64,000 nucleotides of DNA from Candidatus Methanophagales archaeon (GTDB lineage Archaea > Halobacteriota > Syntropharchaeia > Alkanophagales > Methanospirareceae): the NCBI GenBank assembly GCA_017883965.1, contig JAFNKG010000001.1:14893-78892 (forward strand). Direction: 5' to 3'. The position numbers were made by a program, and so were the translations under genes. Positions 29,718 to 41,929 of the stretch are shown in pieces (positions within the stretch are counted from its first letter, which is position 1; every line of letters starts with the position of its first letter). The notes under the pieces were generated by a model. The model was given only the letters and a program-made list of their open reading frames with translations, did not search any database and had not been told where the DNA came from.

Positions 29718-30611
29718 ATGGATTTCGTAAAGGAAGAATACAGGACTCTGGCGGAAGATGAAACGGTAAGGAATAATAAAGAACTGATGGAACTCACGGG
29801 ATATAACAGCAAGCAACTTGACAAATTACCTCCAGATGCAATTATGGGCATCAGTTGTGGTAATCCAACCGTTGAATGTGATTTGTTGCCGGGAATGCGG
29901 ACACTGGATTTAGGTTGCGGTCCAGGAACAGATGTTTTGTTGTGTGCAATGAAGGTTGCACCTGATGGGATGGCCGTGGGTGTGGATTATGTTCCGGAAA
30001 TGGTAGAACGAGCCGTGCAAAACGCAAAGAAATGTCCAGATGTTGATGAAGATAACACCGACTTTAGAGTAGGTGATTTGAATGCGGGAATTAACTTTCC
30101 GGACAATTACTTTGATTATGTCACTGCTAACTGTTGTCTTTGCCTGTTGGATCAACCAAAGGTATTTCGTGAGGTAAAACGTGTGTTGAAACCCGGAGGA
30201 TATTTTGTCTTTAGTGAGGTAACGGTTAAGAAAACATTACCGCAGAAGGCAGATGACCTCTTACAAGAAGCTTTTGGCAATCAGGTGATCCCAAAAGGAA
30301 ATGATGTAGCAAGTAAAGTTTTCCGGACATATATAGCACTTGCAAAAGGGGAGGCAATAGTCCCATCAGAAATTTTAGACCTATTGAAAGAAGCAGGATT
30401 TCAAAAGGTAAAGATCATTGTTCCCAGACATGTACCTGGAACGAAAAAATATCCTGAAGCTGCTAAATCAACGCCGCGTATGGTAAGTGAAAAATTAACT
30501 CCTGATGGAATTACCGACTTTAAAAAGCGTCTTGATGGTGTTTTAAGTGATCTCGATATTAATGATTTTGCGTCATTTGATACTTTTTCATCCCAAAAAC
30601 CGGATAGGTAA
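29718..30611 (+). CDS. SAM-dependent methyltransferase, ArsM-like
   Basis: GISCGNP, LDLGCGPGTD, GVDY.PEMVERA, ANC, RVLKPGG. Confidence 0.78.
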   Translation: MDFVKEEYRTLAEDETVRNNKELMELTGYNSKQLDKLPPDAIMGISCGNPTVECDLLPGMRTLDLGCGPGTDVLLCAMKVAPDGMAVGVDYVPEMVERAVQNAKKCPDVDEDNTDFRVGDLNAGINFPDNYFDYVTANCCLCLLDQPKVFREVKRVLKPGGYFVFSEVTVKKTLPQKADDLLQEAFGNQVIPKGNDVASKVFRTYIALAKGEAIVPSEILDLLKEAGFQKVKIIVPRHVPGTKKYPEAAKSTPRMVSEKLTPDGITDFKKRLDGVLSDLDINDFASFDTFSSQKPDR

Positions 30612-30627
30612 TGAAATAAAAGAAAAC

Positions 30628-30697
30628 GATGTCAGATACAGGATGCCTGATTCATGATACAGGTTTGACTTGCATCTTGTATCGTGTATCTTGCATC
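30628..30697. repeat. Inverted heptamer arrays (GATNNNN x5 / NNGYATC x4)
   Basis: GATGTCA GATACAG GATGCCT GATTCAT GATACAG ... TTGCATC TTGTATC GTGTATC TTGCATC, between convergent genes. Confidence 0.8.
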
Positions 30698-30736
30698 CTC
30701 ACAATTTCTCCTGAAAGGAGCTAAATAAATGCCCCG

Positions 30737-31180
30737 TTATATTTCATAATCCGTATCTTTAACCTTCCTCATTACTACCTCAACGGTATAATTCTGGATT
30801 GGGAACTCGAACAAAAGTTTGTTATTTATAAACCGGGTTAAACTTTCCTCGTTATCAAATAGACCGATGGCGTTAATCGAGAACTGTCCTGTGGTCTGAT
30901 ATATCTTGATAAACTCATCCAGCTCTGTCAATTTAGGTAATGTGTTCCTCATCGCTTTTGGTTCTATCTCCAGATTAAATATCGCGATCAGCTTCTTACC
31001 AAATTTCCAGGGATTTAGCAATATTGTATAGCTCTTAATATAGCCGTCCTTCTCCAGCTTCTCAAGCCGGTATCTCACACCATTTTCACTCAACCCGACC
31101 TCGTTTGCAATCTTGGATATGGGTGTCCTTACATCCCGCTGAAGTATCTCGAGTATCCTATTGTCTACTTTGCTCACCAT
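30737..31180 (-). CDS. Lrp/AsnC family transcriptional regulator
   Basis: VDNRILEILQRDVRTPISKIANEVGLSENGVRYRLEKLEKDGYIKSY; start moved to ATG 31180. Confidence 0.92.
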   Translation of the reverse strand: MVSKVDNRILEILQRDVRTPISKIANEVGLSENGVRYRLEKLEKDGYIKSYTILLNPWKFGKKLIAIFNLEIEPKAMRNTLPKLTELDEFIKIYQTTGQFSINAIGLFDNEESLTRFINNKLLFEFPIQNYTVEVVMRKVKDTDYEI

Positions 31181-31206
31181 TATTTGTATATAATAGCATA
31201 ATGTAT

Positions 31207-31287
31207 TTAAAGCTTCCGAATCTTCAGAAAAATCTGGTTTTATCTTATTTATCCTCAAATAACCTATTTAAGGGGAGATAAGAAATA
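31207..31287 (+). promoter_or_regulatory. 81-bp promoter/operator block upstream of ectA (copy 1)
   Basis: 74/81 identical to 33695-33775 by manual alignment; contains CAGA-N4-TCTG dyad and TATTTAAG TATA-like box. Confidence 0.8.
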
Positions 31288-31317
31288 GTGATCTATAGAA
31301 TAGGAGGGATATGACTC

Positions 31318-33574
<2,257 letters not shown>

Positions 33575-33694
33575 GCATACAAACAAATACCTGGCACTTT
33601 ATTTGAAATAGGAATCTGAATGATGAAGAATTATCTCGAGAATCTTCTTACCGACTTAACCCACCCATCGTTTAGTGACAAACACGCTATCTAG

Positions 33695-33775
33695 TTAAAG
33701 CTTCCGAATCTTCAGAATAATCTGTTATTATCTTATTTATCCTCAAATAACCTATTTAAGGCAGTATAAGAAATA
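33695..33775 (+). promoter_or_regulatory. 81-bp promoter/operator block upstream of asnB-like gene (copy 2)
   Basis: Direct repeat of 31207-31287, ending 7 bp before ATG 33783. Confidence 0.8.
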
Positions 33776-33782
33776 TTTACCC

Positions 33783-35372
33783 ATGTGTTCGATATGTGGC
33801 TATTTTTCTCAGGAAGGGGTGCCGACGAGTATCGTTACCGATATGCTCCAAAAGACAGAGCATAGAGGTCCAGATGCGCATGGATTATATGCAGATGGAA
33901 AAATTCTGAGAAGTGGGGAGATAAGAGATTTGGAAAGCAGTGAAAAGGCAGAAGTTTGTCTAGGGCATTCGAGATTGAGCATCGGAGAAGACGATAATGC
34001 GATACAGCCATTACGGTCTTGTGATGGCTCTTTATCGTTAGTGCACAATGGCGAGATATACAACTACCGAGAATTAAGGGGACTATTGAGTAAAGATCAT
34101 ACAATAGAAGATGAGGACAACGACAGCGAGATTCTCTTGCATCTAATAGAGGAAATCTACGATGGCAATCTGCTGAAAACAGTGCAGTCGGTTGTAAAAA
34201 TGCTAAACGGCATGTACACCTTCGCAGTTACAGATGGCGATGAAGTCGTAATTGCACGGGACCCGGTCGGTATAAAGCCAATATATTATGTAGAAGAAAA
34301 AGGGGATGTCTATTTATGTTCTGAGAAGAAGGGGCTTTATGATATTGAAGGTAAAATCAAAAGGATACCTCCCGGAAAGATGCTGAGGGCAAATAAAGAT
34401 GGAATCACTCTACATCAGGGCGTGAGAATCGAGAGACCGCAGATTGATATTACGGATTTCAATAAAGCTGTGACTTTGTACAAAAATGCTTTAACTGATG
34501 CGGTTGAGGGGATGTTAAGGGGATTAAGCGTGGATGAGGTGGGGATGATATTCTCCGGTGGCGTGGATTCAGTATTGATTGCGAAGCTCATATCTGACTT
34601 CGGATGGAATCTCAGATGCTATTGCGTTGGTAAAAAAGATTCTGAGGATGTAAAGAATGCGGAAAATGTAGCGAAAGATTTGGGATTGAATTTAAGCGTG
34701 ATTTATATTGATGAGCGAAAAGTGGAGATGATACTTCCGGAGGTCATCGAATCCATCGAGACAGAGGGTCTCCTTCAGGTAGAGGTCGCTGTTCCGATGT
34801 ATCTTGCAGCAAAGGCGGCATCTGAAGACGGAATAAGGGTGATGTTCACGGGTCAGGGTGCGGATGAGTTATTCGCGGGTTATTGGTGGTATAAGGATGT
34901 TGTAAGTGAGGACGGGTTCTTGAAACTTCACGACAAGTTATGGGAAGACATTAATTTAGCCTATGACGATACGCTTGAAAGGGAAGATAAGGTTACAATG
35001 GCTCATTCCGTTGAGTTAAGGGTTCCATACTTGGATAGAAATGTTGTAAGATGCGCAATGAGAATTTCACCGAAACTTAAAATAAAGGGTGGTGAGGATT
35101 CGATCAGAAAATGGGTTCACAGAAGGGTTGCAGCGATGCTTAGTGTGCCGCACTACACTGCATATCGGGAAAAGGATATGGCACAGTCAGGATCGGGTGT
35201 GCATGGCCTGATAAAAAAGGTTGCAGAGGAATACTTTGACGGGAAAAAAGCGGACAAAGTCGAGACCGTGGATAAAGGCTCGAACTATCGCTACCTGGAT
35301 GGGGATTATGGAACGCTTGAGATGTGGGCATATCTGCACGAGATAGCAAGGAGCAATCAATGCCTTGAGTGA
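33783..35372 (+). CDS. asnB: Asparagine synthetase B-like glutamine amidotransferase
   Basis: N-terminal Cys, HRGPD, GHSRLSI, HNGEIYN, ARDPVGIKP, FSGGVDS, GQGADELFAGY, ELRVPYLD. Confidence 0.85.
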   Translation: MCSICGYFSQEGVPTSIVTDMLQKTEHRGPDAHGLYADGKILRSGEIRDLESSEKAEVCLGHSRLSIGEDDNAIQPLRSCDGSLSLVHNGEIYNYRELRGLLSKDHTIEDEDNDSEILLHLIEEIYDGNLLKTVQSVVKMLNGMYTFAVTDGDEVVIARDPVGIKPIYYVEEKGDVYLCSEKKGLYDIEGKIKRIPPGKMLRANKDGITLHQGVRIERPQIDITDFNKAVTLYKNALTDAVEGMLRGLSVDEVGMIFSGGVDSVLIAKLISDFGWNLRCYCVGKKDSEDVKNAENVAKDLGLNLSVIYIDERKVEMILPEVIESIETEGLLQVEVAVPMYLAAKAASEDGIRVMFTGQGADELFAGYWWYKDVVSEDGFLKLHDKLWEDINLAYDDTLEREDKVTMAHSVELRVPYLDRNVVRCAMRISPKLKIKGGEDSIRKWVHRRVAAMLSVPHYTAYREKDMAQSGSGVHGLIKKVAEEYFDGKKADKVETVDKGSNYRYLDGDYGTLEMWAYLHEIARSNQCLE

Positions 35373-35705
35373 CGGGCACATATAAAATGGCAAACTGTAT
35401 AGAACGGGCGTATATAAAAATATCCGAGCCGTAAAAATGAGAATAAACATTTTGCAGATAAACCATGATTCAACGGAAATATGAACAGGGTTCACTTCTC
35501 TTTTAGCGCGGGTTTTTTACGAAGTGAAAAGATTTTTTAAAATATCCGTTAATAAAACTACAGATATTTGTTAGAAAAATTCGATTCAACTGAGCCTTTT
35601 ATCTACTACTTTGTCTTTGTATATCTGAATCAATGAGAGCTATCAAAATACAACATTTTTTGAGACAATGTCGGTTCACAACTAAATAACGTCGAGAGGT
35701 AGGAT

Positions 35706-38321
35706 ATGGCAAAAGGGGAAACTACAAGGGGCGAAAAAGATACGATTTACCTCGTTCCACACACGCATTACGATGCCATCTGGGTCTTCACGAAGGAGGA
35801 TTATTTTCATATCAATCTGCTGCTTATTCTGAAGGAGGTAGTTGAGCTACTTGAAAAGACGGATTACAAGTTCCTGATAGAGCAAACCTTTCTGCTGGAA
35901 GAGCTGGAGATGAGGTATCCGGAACTATTCTCAAAGGTTGCGAAGTACATAAATGAAGGCAAGATAGAGATTGCCAACGGGGAATATCTGATGGCAGATA
36001 CGATGCTTCCGAATGGAGAAACACTGATAAGAGAAATCCTGGTTGGCAAGAGATACGTGAAGGAGAAATTCGGGGTTGACGTTCCGGTAATGTGGCAGGC
36101 AGACAGCTTTGGTTTGAATGCCCAGCTACCGCAGATATACAAAAAATCAGGCTACAAATATGTTGCATTCAGGAGGGGGGTAGCGAAGAGAAAGCCGTCG
36201 GAATTTATCTGGCAGGGCTTGGATGGAACGGGGATTTTAGCTCACTGGATGCCTTTAGGATACAGAGCAGGATTGGACCTGACACAGCTGGCGGAAAGCC
36301 ATGAGAAACTCAAGGAAGTAGCGGCGACCTCGCATATCTTGATGCCTTCCGGAAGTGGAGTTACGATGCCTCAGTCGGAAACGCCGGAGGTTGTGAAGGA
36401 GTGGAATGAGAATAACGGAGAATGGGCGAAGATTAAGATTGCAACGCTGAGTGAATTCTTTGAAGCACTGGAGAATGAAGTAGAAAACCAGAAGCTTAAG
36501 ATGGACGTGCGGAAAGGTGAGATGTATTCAGGGAAGTATTCCGAAGTTTTTCCAAATTGCTGCTCGAGCAGGATGTGGATAAAACAGGGGCTTTATGATT
36601 ACGAGACTTGGTTGTTAAGTTGCGAGCGATGGAGTGCAATATCTGCCATCCTGAATAGCCACTATCCATCAGAGGAGTTGATGAACTGCTGGCGGAAAAT
36701 TTTGTTCATCGCATTTCATGATGTAATTCCGGGAACAGGGATGGACAGGGGTTACGATGAGGTGAAGCAGTACATGAGCTTTCTCAAGACCGAGATGTCC
36801 ACCCACTGCCTTCGCGCACACACTCAAATAATAGAGGAGGAATCAAAGGAAGGCGAAGGCGAAGTTGAAAGCGGGGATATAATGGTATTTAACTCGCTGT
36901 CTTGGGAAGTGAAGAACTGGGTAGAGATGGAGTTGAATTTTGAGAAAGGGAAAATAGTAACGATTAAAGGCTTAAAGAGTGGAGAAGAGGAGATAGATGT
37001 GGAGGTGATAAAGTTTGCGAGGTATAAGGATGATTCGTTGAGGTCTGCGAAGATAGGATTTGTTCCCAAGGTTCCTGCGCTTGGATATAAGGTGTATAAA
37101 ATCCTTGAGCGTGAGCCGAAACGGTATAGTTATGACAAGAATTGTATCCTGATAAGAGGGAACACGATAGAAAATAGCTTCTTTGCGGTTGAGGTGGACC
37201 CAGCCACGGGGTTGGTTGACGTGGTTCAAGGCGATAGGAAGAGGATTTACACGGCGAATGAGCTTGTGCTGGAGGAAGAAACCGGCGACCTTTACTACCA
37301 CCGACAAACATTGGGCATCCCGGTGAAGACGGAAAAGGGAGAAGGGGTGAAGTATGGCTCGTTCAGGGTAGAGAACTTCGGGATAGCTAAAAGTTCTTTA
37401 AGGCGAGTTGTCAACGTCGAGACCAATTATTTCTCCCTGCGCTGGCCGTATAGATTGACGGAGAAGATGGAGCCAGTTATATGGCGGCATAAATTCTTAG
37501 AGTGCACAAAGAAAATAATAATTTATAAAGACATTCCGAGGATAGATTTCATCACGCACGTGGAGGATAAGCATCCGAGGGCACGGCTCAGAGTAAGGTT
37601 CTCCACGGACATAAAATCTTCGGAGTATGCCTGCGGTAGTCAATTTGGCGTTGTTTCCAGACCGACGGACCAAGCGAACTACAAGCCAGAAGAGGAATGG
37701 GTTGAGGAGCCCTGCGGTGCATTTCCTTCGCTGAGGTGGCTCGATTATTCTGACGGAAAGAAAGGCTTGACCGTGATTCACAGGGGGATACCGGAGAACG
37801 AGGTAAAAGATGGTGACATCTATTTAACACTGCTCAGAAGCGTTTTAATGCTGTCCTCGGATGGTAAGGCAGGTCCTGCGATACCTGTTCCGAATGCGCA
37901 GGAGTTGAGAAGATACGAATTCCAATATTCCATTTACCCGCACGAAGGAGACTGGCGTGAAGCATCATCCTACAAGCATGCTTATGAGTTCAACTTCGAT
38001 CTGGATGCAGTGCAGTTGCCGAAAGGCGTGAAACTACCTTTGAAACGGTCTTTTTTGAAAATAGAGCCGAAAAATGTCGTTTTATCCGCACTGAAAAAGA
38101 CAGAGGATGGGGATGGGGGAGTGATTCTGAGATTTTATGAGACGAAGGGGGAAGAGACGGATGCTGAGATATCACTGTTCAAAAAGCCAAAGGCAGTCAA
38201 GGCGGTGAATCTGCTGGAGGAAGAGGACGAAGGAGTGGAAAAAGAGTTGAAAAAAGCGGGAGATAAAATAGAGTTGAAGATGAAACCCTTTGAGATAGTT
38301 ACTTTGAAGGTGAACATTTAA
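35706..38321 (+). CDS. GH38 alpha-mannosidase family hydrolase, copy 2
   Basis: Near-identical paralogue of 25501-28119 with the same catalytic motifs. Confidence 0.92.
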   Translation: MAKGETTRGEKDTIYLVPHTHYDAIWVFTKEDYFHINLLLILKEVVELLEKTDYKFLIEQTFLLEELEMRYPELFSKVAKYINEGKIEIANGEYLMADTMLPNGETLIREILVGKRYVKEKFGVDVPVMWQADSFGLNAQLPQIYKKSGYKYVAFRRGVAKRKPSEFIWQGLDGTGILAHWMPLGYRAGLDLTQLAESHEKLKEVAATSHILMPSGSGVTMPQSETPEVVKEWNENNGEWAKIKIATLSEFFEALENEVENQKLKMDVRKGEMYSGKYSEVFPNCCSSRMWIKQGLYDYETWLLSCERWSAISAILNSHYPSEELMNCWRKILFIAFHDVIPGTGMDRGYDEVKQYMSFLKTEMSTHCLRAHTQIIEEESKEGEGEVESGDIMVFNSLSWEVKNWVEMELNFEKGKIVTIKGLKSGEEEIDVEVIKFARYKDDSLRSAKIGFVPKVPALGYKVYKILEREPKRYSYDKNCILIRGNTIENSFFAVEVDPATGLVDVVQGDRKRIYTANELVLEEETGDLYYHRQTLGIPVKTEKGEGVKYGSFRVENFGIAKSSLRRVVNVETNYFSLRWPYRLTEKMEPVIWRHKFLECTKKIIIYKDIPRIDFITHVEDKHPRARLRVRFSTDIKSSEYACGSQFGVVSRPTDQANYKPEEEWVEEPCGAFPSLRWLDYSDGKKGLTVIHRGIPENEVKDGDIYLTLLRSVLMLSSDGKAGPAIPVPNAQELRRYEFQYSIYPHEGDWREASSYKHAYEFNFDLDAVQLPKGVKLPLKRSFLKIEPKNVVLSALKKTEDGDGGVILRFYETKGEETDAEISLFKKPKAVKAVNLLEEEDEGVEKELKKAGDKIELKMKPFEIVTLKVNI

Positions 38322-38328
38322 TTCAATT

Positions 38329-38871
38329 TCAACGCAGCTTCAACTTTTCAACCAGCTCATCCAAATAACTTCCCCATTCCTCTTCGCTCATATTCGGAAA
38401 CGACATATCGGCATTTGGATGGAAGAACCTGCAAAGCGTGATTGTCCTCAGCCAGGGTGCGAAATGCTTAAGCGTGGACAGCCCTTGCGAGCTTATATAA
38501 TAAAGCACACCAAGGAACACGACGAGGTCATGCTGCCCTTCTCCTTTTACCCCTTTCCATTCCGCATCTCTCAACCTGTCTATTATGTTTATAATCGGCA
38601 TGCTGGCATCTGGCGGGAACTCCTTTTCCAGGAATTCTTTTAGTGTGTGTGCAACCGCAACTGTTGGCATTTTCGATTCCTTCGCTATTTCTATCGCATA
38701 ATCCATCAAACTCTTCCCATTAAGCTCTGTTTCTAAAACGAGCGAGCCGACGATGAAAAGAGGTCGTTTTGCCTCCTTTATTGCCCTTACTGCAACCGCA
38801 GGTGTTAAAATCTCTCCACGACGTGGACCTGGTATGTTTGCTATATCCCAGGGATCATTTTTTTCTACCAT
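38329..38871 (-). CDS. cdhB: ACDS/CODH epsilon subunit
   Basis: PWDIANIPGP, IKEAKRPLFIVG, W.GVKGEGQHDLVVFLG..YY...QGLSTLKHFAP, HPNADMSFPN. Confidence 0.9.
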   Translation of the reverse strand: MVEKNDPWDIANIPGPRRGEILTPAVAVRAIKEAKRPLFIVGSLVLETELNGKSLMDYAIEIAKESKMPTVAVAHTLKEFLEKEFPPDASMPIINIIDRLRDAEWKGVKGEGQHDLVVFLGVLYYISSQGLSTLKHFAPWLRTITLCRFFHPNADMSFPNMSEEEWGSYLDELVEKLKLR

Positions 38872-38874
38872 TTT

Positions 38875-38911
38875 AAACCTTTTCTTAGAAAGAAAAGCTT
38901 TACCAAAAGAA
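38875..38911. repeat. AT-rich dispersed repeat (copy B)
   Basis: aaaccttttcttagaaagaaaagctttaccaaaagaa, near reverse complement of 18501-18535. Confidence 0.7.
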
Positions 38912-38995
38912 CTTTAAAAGATGTTATTTTATAAATATTTCGATATATTCTTGCACTAACTAAAAGATTATTGGTTACTTTCACCTCCTACTACC

Positions 38996-41449
38996 TTACC
39001 ACACACGTCCGCTGATGAAAAACGGTTTTTTACCCTCCATCTTGCTTATCTGCACTGCTCCTCGGTCCATAAGCGGAGCCACATATTTTAAAACATCCTG
39101 CACAGGTATCGAAAGTGTTTCCGAAATCCCTTCAATTGTATATTCCTCGCTCTCCAACATAGAAGTTACCTTTTCTTCCATGAATTCGCTTCTTATTATT
39201 TCCTCAAAAAAAGCATCTATCTCTTTCTCTTCCAATTTAACATATCTCGTAATTTCCGCTATCTTACCGACAATCCATCTTAGTTTAGGGTTATTCACAC
39301 CCTCTTTTACCGTGATGAGTGAGTCATAATGCTTTTCAAGCTCAAAAGGTCCCAATTCTTTTATCTCATTCACCGAACTCTCTATCAATTCCTTGAACTT
39401 CTGCCCTTCTGCTGCGGAAATCCAGCCGAGTCTTAACCTCTCCGGGTCTATTCCTGCGAATTCAAGCAGTTTCTTCACGAACTTCACGCGCATCTCTGCA
39501 TGATAGTTGCCCACAACATAATGACAATCGCCGATATGGCACCCTGTAACGAGAACACCTTCTGCGTGGTGGAAGAAAGGCTCGACCATCATCCACGGGT
39601 CTATTCGTCCGGAACACATCACCCTGATTAGCTTTGCATTCGGCGGATACTGGAATCGCGATACACCAGCCATATCTGCACCTGCGTAAGAGCACCAGTT
39701 GCAACTGAAAGCCAATATCCTCGGTCTTATCTCTATTCTCTCCTCTTCCGGCACAAACGCACTTTTTATCTGTGCTAAAATCTGCTCATCGCGGAAGTGC
39801 CGCATTGTTATCGCCTGATACGGACACGCACCTGCGCATGTTCCGCATCCTTTGCACAATGCCCTGTTCCCCTCTGCACCAAACTCCCCCGGTCCATACA
39901 TATTTATTTTAATACTGCCATATTCGCATATCTCCGCACATAATCCACATCCCTTGCATATACTCTGGCTTATGTCCGAAACAATACCCTCTGTTTCTAC
40001 TTCGCTTTTTGTCAATATTGTGGAAGCCCTTGATGCAGTTCCATACGCCTCCGCTACACTTTCAGGCACGAATTTCGGTGAATGCGCCGTCCCGCATAGA
40101 AAAACACCGTCGGTAGAGAAATCAATGGGTCGCAGCTTGACATGCGCTTCAAAGAAAAATCCATCCAGGCCCAACGGAACCCTTAATAGTTTAGAAAGTT
40201 CCAATGCATCCGGGTGCTGCACCATCGGTGTGGAGAGAACAACCAAATCGGCTTTGTATTCTCGCTCCTCTCTCACGAACTCAGAGAAGAACTTCACTTT
40301 CAGTCCTCCATCCTCTTTCACTACTTCCGGAAGTTTATCAGGACTATACTTATCGAATCGTATGCCGGTTTGCATTGCTTTCCTGTAAAGATTCTCGTAT
40401 TCGTCGCCAAATACACGAATCCCATTGTGGAGTATATGAATATTCGCATCAGGATTTTTTTCCTTGAGTAAAATTGCATTTTTTATCGCCACTGCACAAC
40501 AGATTCTCGAACAGTATGCCACTCTTTGCCCTCTGGAACCCACACATTGAATCATAACCACTTCTTTCTCTTTCAACTCGCTATCTTTCTGCTTCTCTTC
40601 CAGTTCCATCTGCGTGATTACTTCCTCATATTCGCCGTATCCATAGAGTCCGTCTGACTTTAGAACCTCCGCACCCGTGGCAACTATTATCGTGCCCACC
40701 TTGAAATTATGAGCTTTCTCCTCTCCATTCTCCTTTTGCACGACAGTTACCTCAAAGTTTCCGACATATCCGTCCACTTTCCTAACGAGGGAAGAAGTGA
40801 AGAGTTTTATTCGTTGATGCTCTTTTACTTTCTTAATTGTAGGTTCTAAAGATGCGAGAGCATCTACATTCCCGGGGTAAAGCTTGTTTATCTTTCGTAA
40901 CAGCCCTCCGACTTCCGCTTCTTTTTCCACGAGATACACATCGAAGCCTCGATTTGCAATACTTAGCGCTGTGGTCATGCCCGATACACCCGCACCAATA
41001 ACCATTGTAGTGTTCTCAACGCCGATATTTATGTATTCTAATGGCTCTAACCTCGCAGCTCTGACAACACCCATTCTAACCAAATCCTTTGCCTTCTCCG
41101 TTGCTTCTTCAGGCTCTCGCATGTGCACCCAGCTACACTGGTCTCGAATGTTCACAAAATCGAAAAGATAAGGGTTTAATCCTGCATCCTGGCACGCACT
41201 TCGGAATAACGGCTCGTGTGTTCTCGGTGTGCATGCCGCCACTATCACCCTGTTAAGCCCGTGTTCCTTTATCGCATTTTTTATCGCCGTCACGCCCTCA
41301 TCTGAACACGTGTATATATTGCGTTCCACATATACAACTCCGGGAAGCTTTTCTGCGTATTCTATTACTGATGGCACATCCACAGTGCCACCAATATTCG
41401 TGCCGCAGTGGCAAACAAAAACCCCTGTTCTTACCTCCTCATTTGCCAT
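38996..41449 (-). CDS. hdrA: HdrA-MvhD fusion (QmoB-like architecture) with C-terminal winged-helix-like tail
   Basis: GVFVCHCGTNI, AACTPRTHE, IGAGVSG, QCVGSR..YCSRICC, C-terminal ferredoxin, then FSCNWCSYAGAD..VMCSGR..GCHIGDCHY; no inserted ferredoxin. Confidence 0.9.
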   Translation of the reverse strand: MANEEVRTGVFVCHCGTNIGGTVDVPSVIEYAEKLPGVVYVERNIYTCSDEGVTAIKNAIKEHGLNRVIVAACTPRTHEPLFRSACQDAGLNPYLFDFVNIRDQCSWVHMREPEEATEKAKDLVRMGVVRAARLEPLEYINIGVENTTMVIGAGVSGMTTALSIANRGFDVYLVEKEAEVGGLLRKINKLYPGNVDALASLEPTIKKVKEHQRIKLFTSSLVRKVDGYVGNFEVTVVQKENGEEKAHNFKVGTIIVATGAEVLKSDGLYGYGEYEEVITQMELEEKQKDSELKEKEVVMIQCVGSRGQRVAYCSRICCAVAIKNAILLKEKNPDANIHILHNGIRVFGDEYENLYRKAMQTGIRFDKYSPDKLPEVVKEDGGLKVKFFSEFVREEREYKADLVVLSTPMVQHPDALELSKLLRVPLGLDGFFFEAHVKLRPIDFSTDGVFLCGTAHSPKFVPESVAEAYGTASRASTILTKSEVETEGIVSDISQSICKGCGLCAEICEYGSIKINMYGPGEFGAEGNRALCKGCGTCAGACPYQAITMRHFRDEQILAQIKSAFVPEEERIEIRPRILAFSCNWCSYAGADMAGVSRFQYPPNAKLIRVMCSGRIDPWMMVEPFFHHAEGVLVTGCHIGDCHYVVGNYHAEMRVKFVKKLLEFAGIDPERLRLGWISAAEGQKFKELIESSVNEIKELGPFELEKHYDSLITVKEGVNNPKLRWIVGKIAEITRYVKLEEKEIDAFFEEIIRSEFMEEKVTSMLESEEYTIEGISETLSIPVQDVLKYVAPLMDRGAVQISKMEGKKPFFISGRVW

Positions 41450-41604
41450 TTTTTACTCCCTCCATTCGATGCCTTCTCTCTATAAACATTTCTTCAAAAG
41501 AGAAACTAATTACGATCTTTTCTCTCACCACCTCAATCCTCTTCATCTCCTCCAATGAATATCCCCCCTCATTCCTTTTGAACCTCTGCTTTCACTCCTT
41601 TTAT

Positions 41605-41925
41605 TCACACCTGTATTTTTGAGACTGTAATGCAGTAGAGTTTGTCTAGTTCAGTAAAATGATCTAACAAAGCCTCGTATAGTTGTGCCTGTTTAGAATT
41701 CATGAACACATATCCACACGTCGGACAATACATTTTTTCAAACCCATGTACCGTGATTCTACCATTTAAAAAATCGACATCAAATTGCTTTATTTCCAAT
41801 TTAGACCCACATTTTGGACATTCCGTTATTTCAACTATTTCCCAATCTTCTTCCTTCCACCCTTCTTCCCAACTTTCTTCCGCCATAATATCCTCTGGTT
41901 TTATTTCTTCTGTAACCATAACCAT
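41605..41925 (-). CDS. YgiT/MqsA-type zinc-finger protein (putative antitoxin)
   Basis: CPKCG..ITVHG...CPTCG; immediately downstream of BrnT-like gene. Confidence 0.7.
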   Translation of the reverse strand: MVMVTEEIKPEDIMAEESWEEGWKEEDWEIVEITECPKCGSKLEIKQFDVDFLNGRITVHGFEKMYCPTCGYVFMNSKQAQLYEALLDHFTELDKLYCITVSKIQV

Positions 41926-41929
41926 ATTA

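Noticed and set aside
33600-33690. C/D box sRNA (ATGATGA near 33620)
   Set aside because: No well-placed downstream CTGA D box or C'/D' pair.
41470-41600. AbrB-like remnant after the zinc-finger gene (NEGGYSL..IEVVREKIVISF)
   Set aside because: Weak resemblance to the tail of 59587-60042, out of frame and preceded by a stop; too little to call.
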